NCBI GenBank assembly: GCA_965223335.1 | Contig: OZ244991.1 | Location: forward strand, 640,001 to 704,000 | DNA length: 64,000 bases | DNA from: Thermodesulfobacteriota bacterium | GTDB taxonomy: Bacteria > Desulfobacterota_D > UBA1144 > Nemesobacterales > UBA2774 | Reading direction: 5' to 3' | Part shown: positions 19,792-28,867 of the stretch, piece after piece | Layout: each line of letters begins with the position of its first letter | How positions within the stretch are numbered: the first letter of the stretch is position 1 | Notes under the pieces: generated by a model | Seen by the model: only the letters and a program-made list of their open reading frames with translations | Databases searched by the model: none | What the model was told of the DNA's origin: nothing | Program-made: the position numbers and the translations under genes

Positions 19792-20981
19792 GTACCAATA
19801 GGATAATAGCCAAAACTGACAAATACCTAATGCATACTTACGGTCGGTTCCCAATTGCCATAGAAAAGGGGAAAGGCTCTTGGGTGTGGGACGCCGAGGG
19901 CAATAAATACCTGGATTTTACCTCGGGCATAGCCGTTACTAACCTGGGGCACTCACACCCCGATATTAAAAAGGCTATAAGTGAGCAGTCAAAGAAAATC
20001 CTGCACACCTCTAACCTGTTTTACAATGACACACAAGCCGAGTTTGCAAAACTACTTGTTAATAGATCGTTTGCCGATAAGGTCTTTTTCTGCAACAGCG
20101 GCACCGAAGCCAACGAAGGTGCCATCAAACTCGCAAGGAAATGGGGCGAAGCAAACGGTGGTAAATACAAAATTGTCCATGCCTCCGATTCATTCCACGG
20201 CAGGACCATGGGCTCGCTTAGCGCTACTAATAAAAAGTATCAGAGCGGTTTTAAGCCCCTTGTCCCCGGTTTTAAGGCCGTTAGGTACGGGCATATAGAT
20301 TCGCTTAAAAAAGCGCTCGATGATAAAAAGGTATGTGCTGTGATCTTGGAGCCTATCCAGGGCGAAAACGGTGTGATAATACCGCCCCCTGACTACATTG
20401 CTAAAGCCAAAAAGTTGTGCACTGCTAAAAAGGTGCTGCTTATATTAGACGAAATACAGGTCGGGTTTGGTAGGACAGGCAAGTTATTCGCATATCAGCA
20501 CAGTTCCATTGAACCCGATATAATGACTCTGGCAAAGGCGCTCGGCGGTGGGATACCTTGTGGAGCATTTCTGGCCAAAGATAAAATAGCCAAATACCTT
20601 GAACCCGGGAACCACGGCACAACACTTGGGGGAAACCCGCTGGCTATGAGTGTAGGACTCGCCTCACTTTCAAGAATAATAAAAGACAGACTCCCAACCA
20701 AAGCAGCTAAAAACGGTAAATATTTCTTATCCAATTTAAAAGAGCTGCAATCCACTTACACTGAACTGATTAAAGACGCGAGGGGTATGGGCCTTATACT
20801 GGGTCTCGAGTTTAAAGACCATGAAACAGCAAAAAAAATAGTGACCAAATCGGTTGAAAACGGTCTACTAACCATACTCACAGAACAGACCGTAATGCGT
20901 ATGCTTCCACCTCTGAATGTCAGTCAGAATGAAATAGATGCTGCGATAAAAAAGATAACCCAAGCACTAGAAGGGGTTTAA
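19788..20981 (+). CDS. argD: Acetylornithine aminotransferase
   Basis: NSGTEANE, FHGRT, DEIQVGFGRTG and LAKALGGG motifs; ATGA-coupled to argB. Confidence 0.93.
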   Translation: MSTNRIIAKTDKYLMHTYGRFPIAIEKGKGSWVWDAEGNKYLDFTSGIAVTNLGHSHPDIKKAISEQSKKILHTSNLFYNDTQAEFAKLLVNRSFADKVFFCNSGTEANEGAIKLARKWGEANGGKYKIVHASDSFHGRTMGSLSATNKKYQSGFKPLVPGFKAVRYGHIDSLKKALDDKKVCAVILEPIQGENGVIIPPPDYIAKAKKLCTAKKVLLILDEIQVGFGRTGKLFAYQHSSIEPDIMTLAKALGGGIPCGAFLAKDKIAKYLEPGNHGTTLGGNPLAMSVGLASLSRIIKDRLPTKAAKNGKYFLSNLKELQSTYTELIKDARGMGLILGLEFKDHETAKKIVTKSVENGLLTILTEQTVMRMLPPLNVSQNEIDAAIKKITQALEGV

Positions 20982-20982
20982 G

Positions 20983-21894
20983 ATGGCTAAACACCTGCTC
21001 AGCATATTCGACCTTACAAAAGACGACATTAACGGACTCATATCAAGAGCTCGGTCTCTAAAAAAAGATAAGTACGCGTCCAAGGTTGCTCAGACTCTGG
21101 GCGGAAAATCCATAGGGATGATCTTCGAAAAACAGTCCACGAGAACTCGAGTGTCATTCGAGGTGGGAATAAACGATCTGGGCGCAGGGGCGCTAGTCAT
21201 AAACTCAGGCGATACACAGCTCGGCAGGGGCGAGACCATAGCGGACACGGCAAAAGTACTCTCATCTTACCTGGATGGGATCATTATAAGGACTTATGAG
21301 CAGGGATGGATCGAGCAGTTAGCGGCATCCTCGTCTGTATCTGTAGTAAATGCACTCACAGATCTTGAGCACCCTACACAGATTCTCTCGGATCTCTTTA
21401 CAATCGCCGAGAGCGGTGTGGATGTAGAGAACTTTTCTCTGGCATATATAGGGGACGGCAACAACATAGCAAACTCGTTTATAGGTGCTGCAGCAATCAT
21501 GGGCTTTGACCTCAGAGTCGCATGCCCCGTGGGCTACGAGCCCTCTACCGGGATATTGGAAAGAGCACGAGGTTATGAAAACTGCAGTGTAACGATCCTC
21601 CACGACCCCAAAGAAGCTGCTCGGGACGCAGACGCATTATATACAGATGTATGGGTGAGTATGGGACAAGAAGAGCAAACAAACGACAGGCAAAGCGTAT
21701 TCGGGGACTTTCAAATAAACAGCGAGCTCATCTCGCTGGCCAAACCGAGTGCATTAATCATGCACTGCCTCCCAGCACACAGGGGCGAGGAGATCACAGG
21801 GGTAGCAATGGACTCACCCAACTCCGTAGTGTTCAGACAGGCCGAAAACAAACTCCATATGGGTAAAGCAATCTTAGAAGATTTGCTTGTGTAA
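20983..21894 (+). CDS. argF: Ornithine carbamoyltransferase
   Basis: STRTRVSF, HPTQ, WVSMG, HCLP and QAENK motifs. Confidence 0.96.
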   Translation: MAKHLLSIFDLTKDDINGLISRARSLKKDKYASKVAQTLGGKSIGMIFEKQSTRTRVSFEVGINDLGAGALVINSGDTQLGRGETIADTAKVLSSYLDGIIIRTYEQGWIEQLAASSSVSVVNALTDLEHPTQILSDLFTIAESGVDVENFSLAYIGDGNNIANSFIGAAAIMGFDLRVACPVGYEPSTGILERARGYENCSVTILHDPKEAARDADALYTDVWVSMGQEEQTNDRQSVFGDFQINSELISLAKPSALIMHCLPAHRGEEITGVAMDSPNSVVFRQAENKLHMGKAILEDLLV

Positions 21895-21984
21895 ATAAAA
21901 GAAGAGTTCGCTTCTGATAAGCCATCTTATATGTCTAGAACTATTTATTCCGACTCCACAGGTCTTGACCTTGTTTAAGCCAAT

Positions 21985-22029
21985 AAAAAAGGCTAAGCAG
22001 AAATAGATCCTCCCTACTTCTGCCTAGCC
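21985..22029 (-). terminator. Rho-independent terminator for the 22060-22332 gene
   Basis: Minus strand GGCTAGGCAGAAGTAG-loop-CTATTTCTGCTTAGCC followed by TTTTTT. Confidence 0.8.
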
Positions 22030-22059
22030 CCTAGCTCAATAAACTTTACTTAGTTCCGA

Positions 22060-22332
22060 CTAATAATCTTCGTCAATATTTAGCGTAGTGCTGTGCTCTA
22101 TATTGAAAGCCCTACGAATTGGATTCGAATCCAGTACCCAGTACCCACCCTTAACAAAAATGTTAGTCAGTGCTAAAGGCGGTCTTGCCACAAGACTAAC
22201 CAGTTTAAACGGATGTAGCGCATCACCTGGATTATAGTGATAATTCGTTATCTCCGGTGCTGCGGCAAACGCGGAGCTCGTAAACATCAGAACCCCCAAT
22301 ATAGTTCCTGTTAAATACCTCACCACCACCAC
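22060..22332 (-). CDS. Small secreted/periplasmic hypothetical protein
   Basis: Strong AAGGAGG RBS before a GTG run (true start probably 22326 or 22323); AFA signal-peptide site; own terminator. Confidence 0.75.
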   Translation of the reverse strand: MVVVRYLTGTILGVLMFTSSAFAAAPEITNYHYNPGDALHPFKLVSLVARPPLALTNIFVKGGYWVLDSNPIRRAFNIEHSTTLNIDEDY

Positions 22333-22553
22333 CTCCTTTAAAGTAATATATTAACTTCCCATTCCAAATTATAATGATATTAGACAATTTAGTCAATCGT
22401 TAATATTAATCCAGAATATTAGGTTTTTTAATGTTTTTATATGCTCATTCCCGCTATTTACCATCGAGAATCAGATTCTATAACCCATATACTAAAACTA
22501 CCTTGAAAACAAAGTTCAAAATTTATACAATATAAACTTTGGAGGTCTTAATT

Positions 22554-23672
22554 ATGCGACGCGGGGAAAAGGTTTATTACATTAAGGATTTCATGCAATC
22601 GGTTCCCCTGCCTCCCCCCACTAAAATATACGACAAGCTCGAGAAACTAGGCTATAGAGGCCAGCCTACGGCTAGGCGTGCGATCTCGCTGGGTGCCTAC
22701 CGTCATGTAAAGAGGCTAAAACTCCTGCATTGCAGCAATGTACAGCGGGCCGACCTCCCACCCAGACCCAATACCATACTGATGGGCCCTACCGGGTGCG
22801 GTAAGACATATCTCATAGAGCTTCTGTTCGGAGAGATCTTTAAACTCCCTTATACGATCATAGACATGACCAAGTTCACAGAGTCGGGCTACGTCGGCGA
22901 CGATGTTGTAAATATCCTTGTGCAACTCGTATACGCTGCCAACGAGAGTATCGATGTTGCAGAGTGTGGGATAGTGGTGCTGGACGAGTTCGACAAGATA
23001 GCCGGGTCCTTCAGCAGTGCCCGGTTCGCGGGTCAAGGCACCACAAAGGATGTCTCGGGCTATGGTGTACAGAGGGAATTGCTTAAAATACTCGAGGGTA
23101 CGGAGGTCCAAATCCCTCTTGACTTCGGGTTTTCTAGCCGTGGACCTAGGGCTCTTATCTCTACCAATGATATATCGTTTTTTGCACTGGGAGCGTTCTC
23201 GGGTATAAAGGGCTTATTCGAGACCAGCAACATCGGTTTTACAAAAAGGCTCGATGATTACGAGCACGACAAGCACTCGATAGCCTACCGGCTGAGTGAA
23301 AAGGACGCCGACGATATCTCGCGCTTTCATTTGTTCGGTTTCCTCCCCGAGTTAATATCCAGGTTCAATAGGATTGTGCCTTTCACCCCGCTTGAGACCG
23401 ATACACTAAGAGAAATCCTTGTGCTTAAGATCCAAAAGTACATAAGAGAATTTGACGAAGAGGGTTTTATATTAAAGATAGACAAATCCGTTCTTGACTT
23501 TATAATTGACGAGGCGCTTAACAGAGAAACGGGTGCCAGGGGACTTGATGTGATAGTTTCTAAGTATCTCGAGGACGTAGCCTTTGAGATATTCGGCAGG
23601 AAGAGTAGCGGTGAGGTAATGCTCACGCTTCAGTCGGGAAACGTCACACATATAGTAAAAAGACGCGCATGA
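22554..23672 (+). CDS. ClpX-like AAA+ ATPase lacking the N-terminal zinc-binding domain
   Basis: GGAGG RBS before ATG 22554; GPTGCGKT, GYVG, LDEFDK, DVSGYGVQ, IGF and TGARGL motifs; no N-terminal C4 zinc finger. Confidence 0.85.
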   Translation: MRRGEKVYYIKDFMQSVPLPPPTKIYDKLEKLGYRGQPTARRAISLGAYRHVKRLKLLHCSNVQRADLPPRPNTILMGPTGCGKTYLIELLFGEIFKLPYTIIDMTKFTESGYVGDDVVNILVQLVYAANESIDVAECGIVVLDEFDKIAGSFSSARFAGQGTTKDVSGYGVQRELLKILEGTEVQIPLDFGFSSRGPRALISTNDISFFALGAFSGIKGLFETSNIGFTKRLDDYEHDKHSIAYRLSEKDADDISRFHLFGFLPELISRFNRIVPFTPLETDTLREILVLKIQKYIREFDEEGFILKIDKSVLDFIIDEALNRETGARGLDVIVSKYLEDVAFEIFGRKSSGEVMLTLQSGNVTHIVKRRA

Positions 23673-24991
23673 AAATATCACTCATTAGTCTTGGGTGCTC
23701 GAAGAACCTCGTTGACAGTGAATTAATCCTAGGCTCGTTAACCAAATCCGGGCATACCTTATCAAACGAACAAGACGCTGATGTAATCATAGTAAACACC
23801 TGCGGTTTCATTGGGGACGCAAAGCGGGAGTCTATAGACACCATACTTGAGAGTGCCAAGTATAAAGAGGCGGGGAGCTGTCGGAAACTCATAGTAACAG
23901 GGTGCATGGTAGAGCGCTATGCAGACGAGCTTAAAGAAAACATACCCGAGGTCGATGCTTTTTGGGGCACAGGCGAGCTGCTTAGGATAAATGAACTCCT
24001 TGGAAATGGTGGTATAGATAGTCCCTCCATTCAACAGATTAATCTACACACCCAGGGCACACTCTACGACCCCGACTCCCCTCGTGTGATGCTCTCAGCC
24101 CCTCACACTGCCTATGTAAAAGTATCCGAAGGCTGCTCGAGGACATGTTCTTTTTGTATTATCCCCAAGATGCGCGGGCTTATGCGCAGCAGGTCTATCC
24201 CCTCGATAAAAGGCGAGCTCGAGATGCTTGCCGCAAGAGGCGTAAAGGAGATAAACCTGATCGCACAGGATATGACGAGCTATGGAAGAGATATAGACAC
24301 AGACCTCGAGACTTTGCTCAGACAACTTGCTACAGTACAAGAAATCGAATGGATTCGCCTTCACTACTGTTACCCATGGGGTGTAACGGACTCACTGGTA
24401 GAGCTCATTTCGAGAGAGCAGAGGATACTTCCATACATAGATATGCCCATCCAACACATTAACGACCGCATACTCGCGGCCATGGACAGAGCGACTCCGA
24501 GCAAACGAATTCGTTCGATCATTGAAAAGCTACGCTCCTCAATCCCTGATGTAACCATACGGACTACACTGATTGTGGGCTTCCCGGGTGAGACGGATGA
24601 GGAGTTTGATGAATTAATCGAATTTTTAGGCGAGGCCGAGTTCGATAGATTGGGAGCGTTTACGTACTCGCAGGAGGAGGGCACTAAGGCAGCACTCCTG
24701 GAAAATCAATTGGACGAGGATACTAAAGCATTTAGGCTTGAGAGGTTAATGGAGGTCCAGTCTGAGGTCTCCTTGCACAAAAACAGATCGCTAATAGGCA
24801 GAGAATTTCAAGGCATAGTAGAAACCGAGCAAGAGGACCAATACGTTGCCAGGGTTTCAAGCCAAGCACCCGAGGTTGACGGCAATACATATATAAAGAA
24901 AAATGGGGTTAGCCTTCCGATAGGGGAAGTAGTGCAAATAAGAATTACAGATGCCGACATCTATGATCTATATGGGGAAATAGCCGAGTAA
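23669..24991 (+). CDS. rimO: Ribosomal protein S12 methylthiotransferase
   Basis: SLGCSKNLVDSE, NTCGFI, EGCSRTCSFC and APEVDG motifs plus TRAM domain. Confidence 0.96.
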   Translation: MKISLISLGCSKNLVDSELILGSLTKSGHTLSNEQDADVIIVNTCGFIGDAKRESIDTILESAKYKEAGSCRKLIVTGCMVERYADELKENIPEVDAFWGTGELLRINELLGNGGIDSPSIQQINLHTQGTLYDPDSPRVMLSAPHTAYVKVSEGCSRTCSFCIIPKMRGLMRSRSIPSIKGELEMLAARGVKEINLIAQDMTSYGRDIDTDLETLLRQLATVQEIEWIRLHYCYPWGVTDSLVELISREQRILPYIDMPIQHINDRILAAMDRATPSKRIRSIIEKLRSSIPDVTIRTTLIVGFPGETDEEFDELIEFLGEAEFDRLGAFTYSQEEGTKAALLENQLDEDTKAFRLERLMEVQSEVSLHKNRSLIGREFQGIVETEQEDQYVARVSSQAPEVDGNTYIKKNGVSLPIGEVVQIRITDADIYDLYGEIAE

Positions 24992-25046
24992 CACATAGCT
25001 CTTTAAGATTTCCGTTGGCATGGGCTAAATATATACTTGAAAATCC

Positions 25047-26255
25047 TTAGCTCTCGGCGGGTTGATTACCGTTGAATATCTCTCTTATCCCGTATGTCGT
25101 AGTTCGCTCGGCTGGAATACGCCCAATATCTCTTGTAAGCCTGCGGAACTCCTCGGGCGGGAAATACTGCCCGTAACTAGCCCCTGCGGACCTTGAGATC
25201 TGTTCTTCCATTAATGTGCCGCCGAAATCGTTAGCACCTGCTGTAAGTGAAAACTGTGCAAACTCAGGACCCTGCTTAACCCAAGATACCTGAATGTTAT
25301 TTATCCATCCCCTGAGCATAAGACGAGAAACCGCATACATCTTGAGCTGATCCAGGTCTGTAGGCCCCTCTTGCACCTTACCCTTGGAGTGTTTATAGAG
25401 CCGTGTGTTCCATGGGATGAACCTAAGTGGTACAAACTCTGTGAAACCACCGGTTTCCTTTTGAATATCCCGCAACACCCCGATGTGTATTGCCCAGTGA
25501 TGCGGTCTGTCGACATGACCGTACATTATTGTCGATGTGGTGTGCATGCCCGCTTTATGAGCCTTTTTAACAATCCTAATCCAGGCTTCGGTTGGCATTT
25601 TTCTGGGGGCGATAATCTTGCGGACTTCCTCTACTAAAATCTCTGCCGCTGTGCCGGGGAATGTATTATGCCCTACGTCTTTTAACCTCTCAATAAACTC
25701 CTCTTCCGATATGTCTAGACTCTCGGCACCATAAAAGATCTCGAAAGGCGAGAATGCATGTGTATGCATCTCGGGTACAGCTTTTTTAACCGATTTTATT
25801 AGTTCTATATAGAAATTGCCGTCTATATCGGGGTGCATCCCGCCTTGCATGCATACCTCTGTGGCCCCAATATCCCAGGCTTCCTTAGCTTTGTCTGCAA
25901 TTTCGTCCATTGTAAGGAAATATGCCCTTTCGTCACCCTCGGGTGCCATGAAATTACAGAACCCGCAGTAGGTGTTACAGATATTGGTAAAGTTTATATT
26001 CCTGTTAACAACGTATGTGACCACATCCCCCACGTCCTGCTTTCTTATATGGTCCGCAGCTATCGCAAGCAAAGAAAGCTCGTCCAGATCATCTATTCCA
26101 AACAGGTGCTCTGCGTCTTTTACAGAGACCTCATCCCCCGCAAGCGAGCTGTCTATAATCTGCCCGGTCCTGCCGTTTACCTTTGAGAACAAGCCGTCAA
26201 GCCCAAGCCCTCTATTTTCTTCAATGGATTTTATCGCAACATCAATATCACTCAC
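25047..26255 (-). CDS. cofH: F0 synthase subunit CofH (radical SAM)
   Basis: NRNINFTNICNTYCGFC, PGTAAEIL, TGGFTEFVPL, NIQVSWVK and NDFGGTLMEE motifs; adjacent to cofG. Confidence 0.92.
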   Translation of the reverse strand: MSDIDVAIKSIEENRGLGLDGLFSKVNGRTGQIIDSSLAGDEVSVKDAEHLFGIDDLDELSLLAIAADHIRKQDVGDVVTYVVNRNINFTNICNTYCGFCNFMAPEGDERAYFLTMDEIADKAKEAWDIGATEVCMQGGMHPDIDGNFYIELIKSVKKAVPEMHTHAFSPFEIFYGAESLDISEEEFIERLKDVGHNTFPGTAAEILVEEVRKIIAPRKMPTEAWIRIVKKAHKAGMHTTSTIMYGHVDRPHHWAIHIGVLRDIQKETGGFTEFVPLRFIPWNTRLYKHSKGKVQEGPTDLDQLKMYAVSRLMLRGWINNIQVSWVKQGPEFAQFSLTAGANDFGGTLMEEQISRSAGASYGQYFPPEEFRRLTRDIGRIPAERTTTYGIREIFNGNQPAES

Positions 26256-26257
26256 TT

Positions 26258-27532
26258 CTATACCTCCTCATTTACCTCTGTCGGCACATAGCCCTCTTGG
26301 TCTACAAAATTAAGCACGATTTCAAGTAGATCTGGATTTATGTACTCATCACTTATGTACTCGGGATATACCGGGAGCCTCTCTCTCAACTGAAACCCGG
26401 CCTCATTCACATACTCTGCCATCAAGTCCAACTGAGGCCAAGGCGACTCGGGGTTTACATAGTCAATAGTAATCGGCGATACCCCACCCAGGTCATTAAT
26501 GCCCGCATAGATAAACAGCGGGTAGCTCTCGGGGTTAAGGTTTGGTGGGATTTGAATGTTCATAGCCCCACCGAAAATGATCCTAGATATGGCAACCAAC
26601 CTAAGCATATCTACCAGCTCAGGGGCAGGTGTGTCGGCCATCCGTATGCCGCTTGTGGGTGTGAAGTTTTGTATTATTATCTCCTGTAGATTCCCATATT
26701 TATCGTTTAGCTCTCTGAGCGCAAGCAGCGAATCTATCCTTTCCTCCCATGTTTCTCCGATACCTACCAGTATCCCCGAGGTCCAAGGAATGTTCAGCTC
26801 CCCTGCAAGGTCCATAGTGCTCATCCTCTGTTTCGGGACTTTATCGGGGCAGCGGTAGTGAGCCTCGCCTTTATTGAGCAGCCTAGGGCTTATATTCTCG
26901 AGCATAAGACCCATGCTCGGGTTTGATTTGCTAAATCCTATCAGTTCATCTCTTGTGGCAAGCCCTAGATTGGTATGGGGGAATATATTCTGTTTGAGCC
27001 CAAGCTCTCCAAGTGCAATCAGGTATTCGGCCGTGGTTTCATACCCGATTGATCTTAGGGCCTCTCTATACTCCCGGTAAACCAGCTCAGGCTTATCCCC
27101 CGTAACAAAGAGCAGTTCTGTACAACCCAGGCTCGCACCTTTTTTGGCCAGTTCCACCACCTCATCGGGCGGAATAAAGAGGCGGCCCTCATGAGGCTCA
27201 TATTTAAATGTACAGTAGCCGCAGTGATTCCTGCAAAGCTGGGTTACTGGGACAAATACATTCTTAGAAAAAGTAAGGGTCTTTCCCCTGCCCTCGTTTC
27301 TCAAATACGATGAAGCCATTAACAACTGCACCAGATCATCACCCTCTAGACCAATCAGTGATAGCGCCTCGTCTCTGCTAACCCTTTTGTCGTTAAGTGG
27401 TTTGTCCAGTACCCGGCCGAGCCCCGAAGGGGCCTGGTCCAGATTATCATCGATCTCTCCCAGTGCCTCTTTAAGCAGCTTAAAACTGCTCACTTGGCTG
27501 AGTTCTTCCCAAATTGGATGCAGTTCCTTCAT
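26258..27532 (-). CDS. cofG: F0 synthase subunit CofG (radical SAM)
   Basis: TFSKNVFVPVTQLCRNHCGYC, PHTN, SMGLMLE, IQIPPNL, DLGGVSP and ERLPVYPEY motifs. Confidence 0.92.
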   Translation of the reverse strand: MKELHPIWEELSQVSSFKLLKEALGEIDDNLDQAPSGLGRVLDKPLNDKRVSRDEALSLIGLEGDDLVQLLMASSYLRNEGRGKTLTFSKNVFVPVTQLCRNHCGYCTFKYEPHEGRLFIPPDEVVELAKKGASLGCTELLFVTGDKPELVYREYREALRSIGYETTAEYLIALGELGLKQNIFPHTNLGLATRDELIGFSKSNPSMGLMLENISPRLLNKGEAHYRCPDKVPKQRMSTMDLAGELNIPWTSGILVGIGETWEERIDSLLALRELNDKYGNLQEIIIQNFTPTSGIRMADTPAPELVDMLRLVAISRIIFGGAMNIQIPPNLNPESYPLFIYAGINDLGGVSPITIDYVNPESPWPQLDLMAEYVNEAGFQLRERLPVYPEYISDEYINPDLLEIVLNFVDQEGYVPTEVNEEV

Positions 27533-27701
27533 TAAATAACCTGTATAACGAAAAATACCCTATTTTTTAGATCTATCCACAGATAATAAGGACTCTCGAA
27601 TTAAATCACCCCGATTTACCCATTAATATTCGCATATCTGATTAATGGTTGTCAAGCTGCCTGTGACTGCTCATAACACGTTTTAAATCTTAGATAAAAT
27701 A

Positions 27702-28634
27702 CTAATCTTGGAACAATTCCAATACCTTGGTTGCAAGCTCCGAGGCTACCTCTGCCGTACGCATTACGGTGTCCATACAAACCGCTCCTATACCCAGTTC
27801 CTCAATCCTGCTTACCTCACCGGCATCGCTCCGGTCGACTACGATCAGATCTAAAAAATCCTTGTATAAACTCGCCACACCGTATGACGACACCTCTACC
27901 CCTAGCCCCCTCATCAACTTATCGGCAGGGCCTCTGAGTGGCACACCACCCACAAGCGGGCTTATGGCAATTATTTTTGCACTTGTGTTTACAAGCTCAT
28001 CCCGTATGGACCCCGTAGCCAGAATAGGCCCGATGCTGATAATCGGGTTGCTAGGGCAAAGTATAATCGCGTCTGCGTTCCTAATTGCACTAATCACTCC
28101 CGGTGCGGGATCGGCACTCTCGATCCGCCTTATGTTTACTCCGAGCACGTCGGGCCTCATTTTTTCTTTTACTAAGTACTCCTGGAAATGCATCTCTCCC
28201 TGCTCTGTATCTATCCAAGTCTCTACGCTTTGGTCGGTCATCGGCAGCAGGTTGATGTAGTCCTCTAAGCCATAAGCTTTTGCAATCCGTGCCGTGATCT
28301 CGGACGGTGTTGCTCCTCCTTGCAGTTGTTCGGTCCTAAAGATATGCGTGGCCAGGTCCCTGTCGCCGATGTGGAACCAGGACTCGGCCCCGAACCTCTC
28401 AAGAGTCTCAAGGCAGCTAAACGTGTCATCTGCAAGCCCCCAGCCCCTTTTTCTGTCCACCTCACCCGAGAGCCTATATATAATGGTGTCGATATCCGGC
28501 GACACCAATAGCCCGTTTATCCAAATATCATCGGCCGTGTTTACTATGATATTTAACTGCTCGCGATCTATTATCTGTGAAAGACCCTCTAAGAACTTAG
28601 AGGCTCCGACCCCTCCGGCAAGGGTTGTTATCAT
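27702..28634 (-). CDS. cofD: 2-phospho-L-lactate/PEP transferase CofD (FbiA)
   Basis: LAGGVGASKFL, NTADD, SPDIDT, IGDRDLATH, HFQEY, PSNPIISIGPIL and GPADKLM motifs. Confidence 0.94.
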   Translation of the reverse strand: MITTLAGGVGASKFLEGLSQIIDREQLNIIVNTADDIWINGLLVSPDIDTIIYRLSGEVDRKRGWGLADDTFSCLETLERFGAESWFHIGDRDLATHIFRTEQLQGGATPSEITARIAKAYGLEDYINLLPMTDQSVETWIDTEQGEMHFQEYLVKEKMRPDVLGVNIRRIESADPAPGVISAIRNADAIILCPSNPIISIGPILATGSIRDELVNTSAKIIAISPLVGGVPLRGPADKLMRGLGVEVSSYGVASLYKDFLDLIVVDRSDAGEVSRIEELGIGAVCMDTVMRTAEVASELATKVLELFQD

Positions 28635-28867
28635 TAGATGTACCTTTTGGACATAGGAATAGGTAAAAAGTGGAATTAGGTTATTCTAGCCCCCTGTGGC
28701 TGTCAAGCCTCACCATAGTTGATATTCGCATCCTTCCATTTATATTTACATTTATCAAGTTAAATCTATGTTGCATGTATGTAGCGCACCTGTTGTGTCC
28801 CAGGGTTGAAACCGGTGCGCATGTGGTATAGATTTTACTTAGAATTTAATAAATAGGATGATTAATA

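Noticed and set aside
25047..26255. MqnC/MqnE (futalosine pathway) assignment
   Set aside because: The TGGFTEFVPL and NIQVSWVK motifs and adjacency to cofG/cofD favour CofH.
28784..28820. GCGCACC...GGTGCGC inverted repeat upstream of the ppiD-like gene
   Set aside because: Only a 7-bp stem with a long loop, overlapping a plausible TTGAAA-N17-TAGATT promoter; insufficient for an RNA element.
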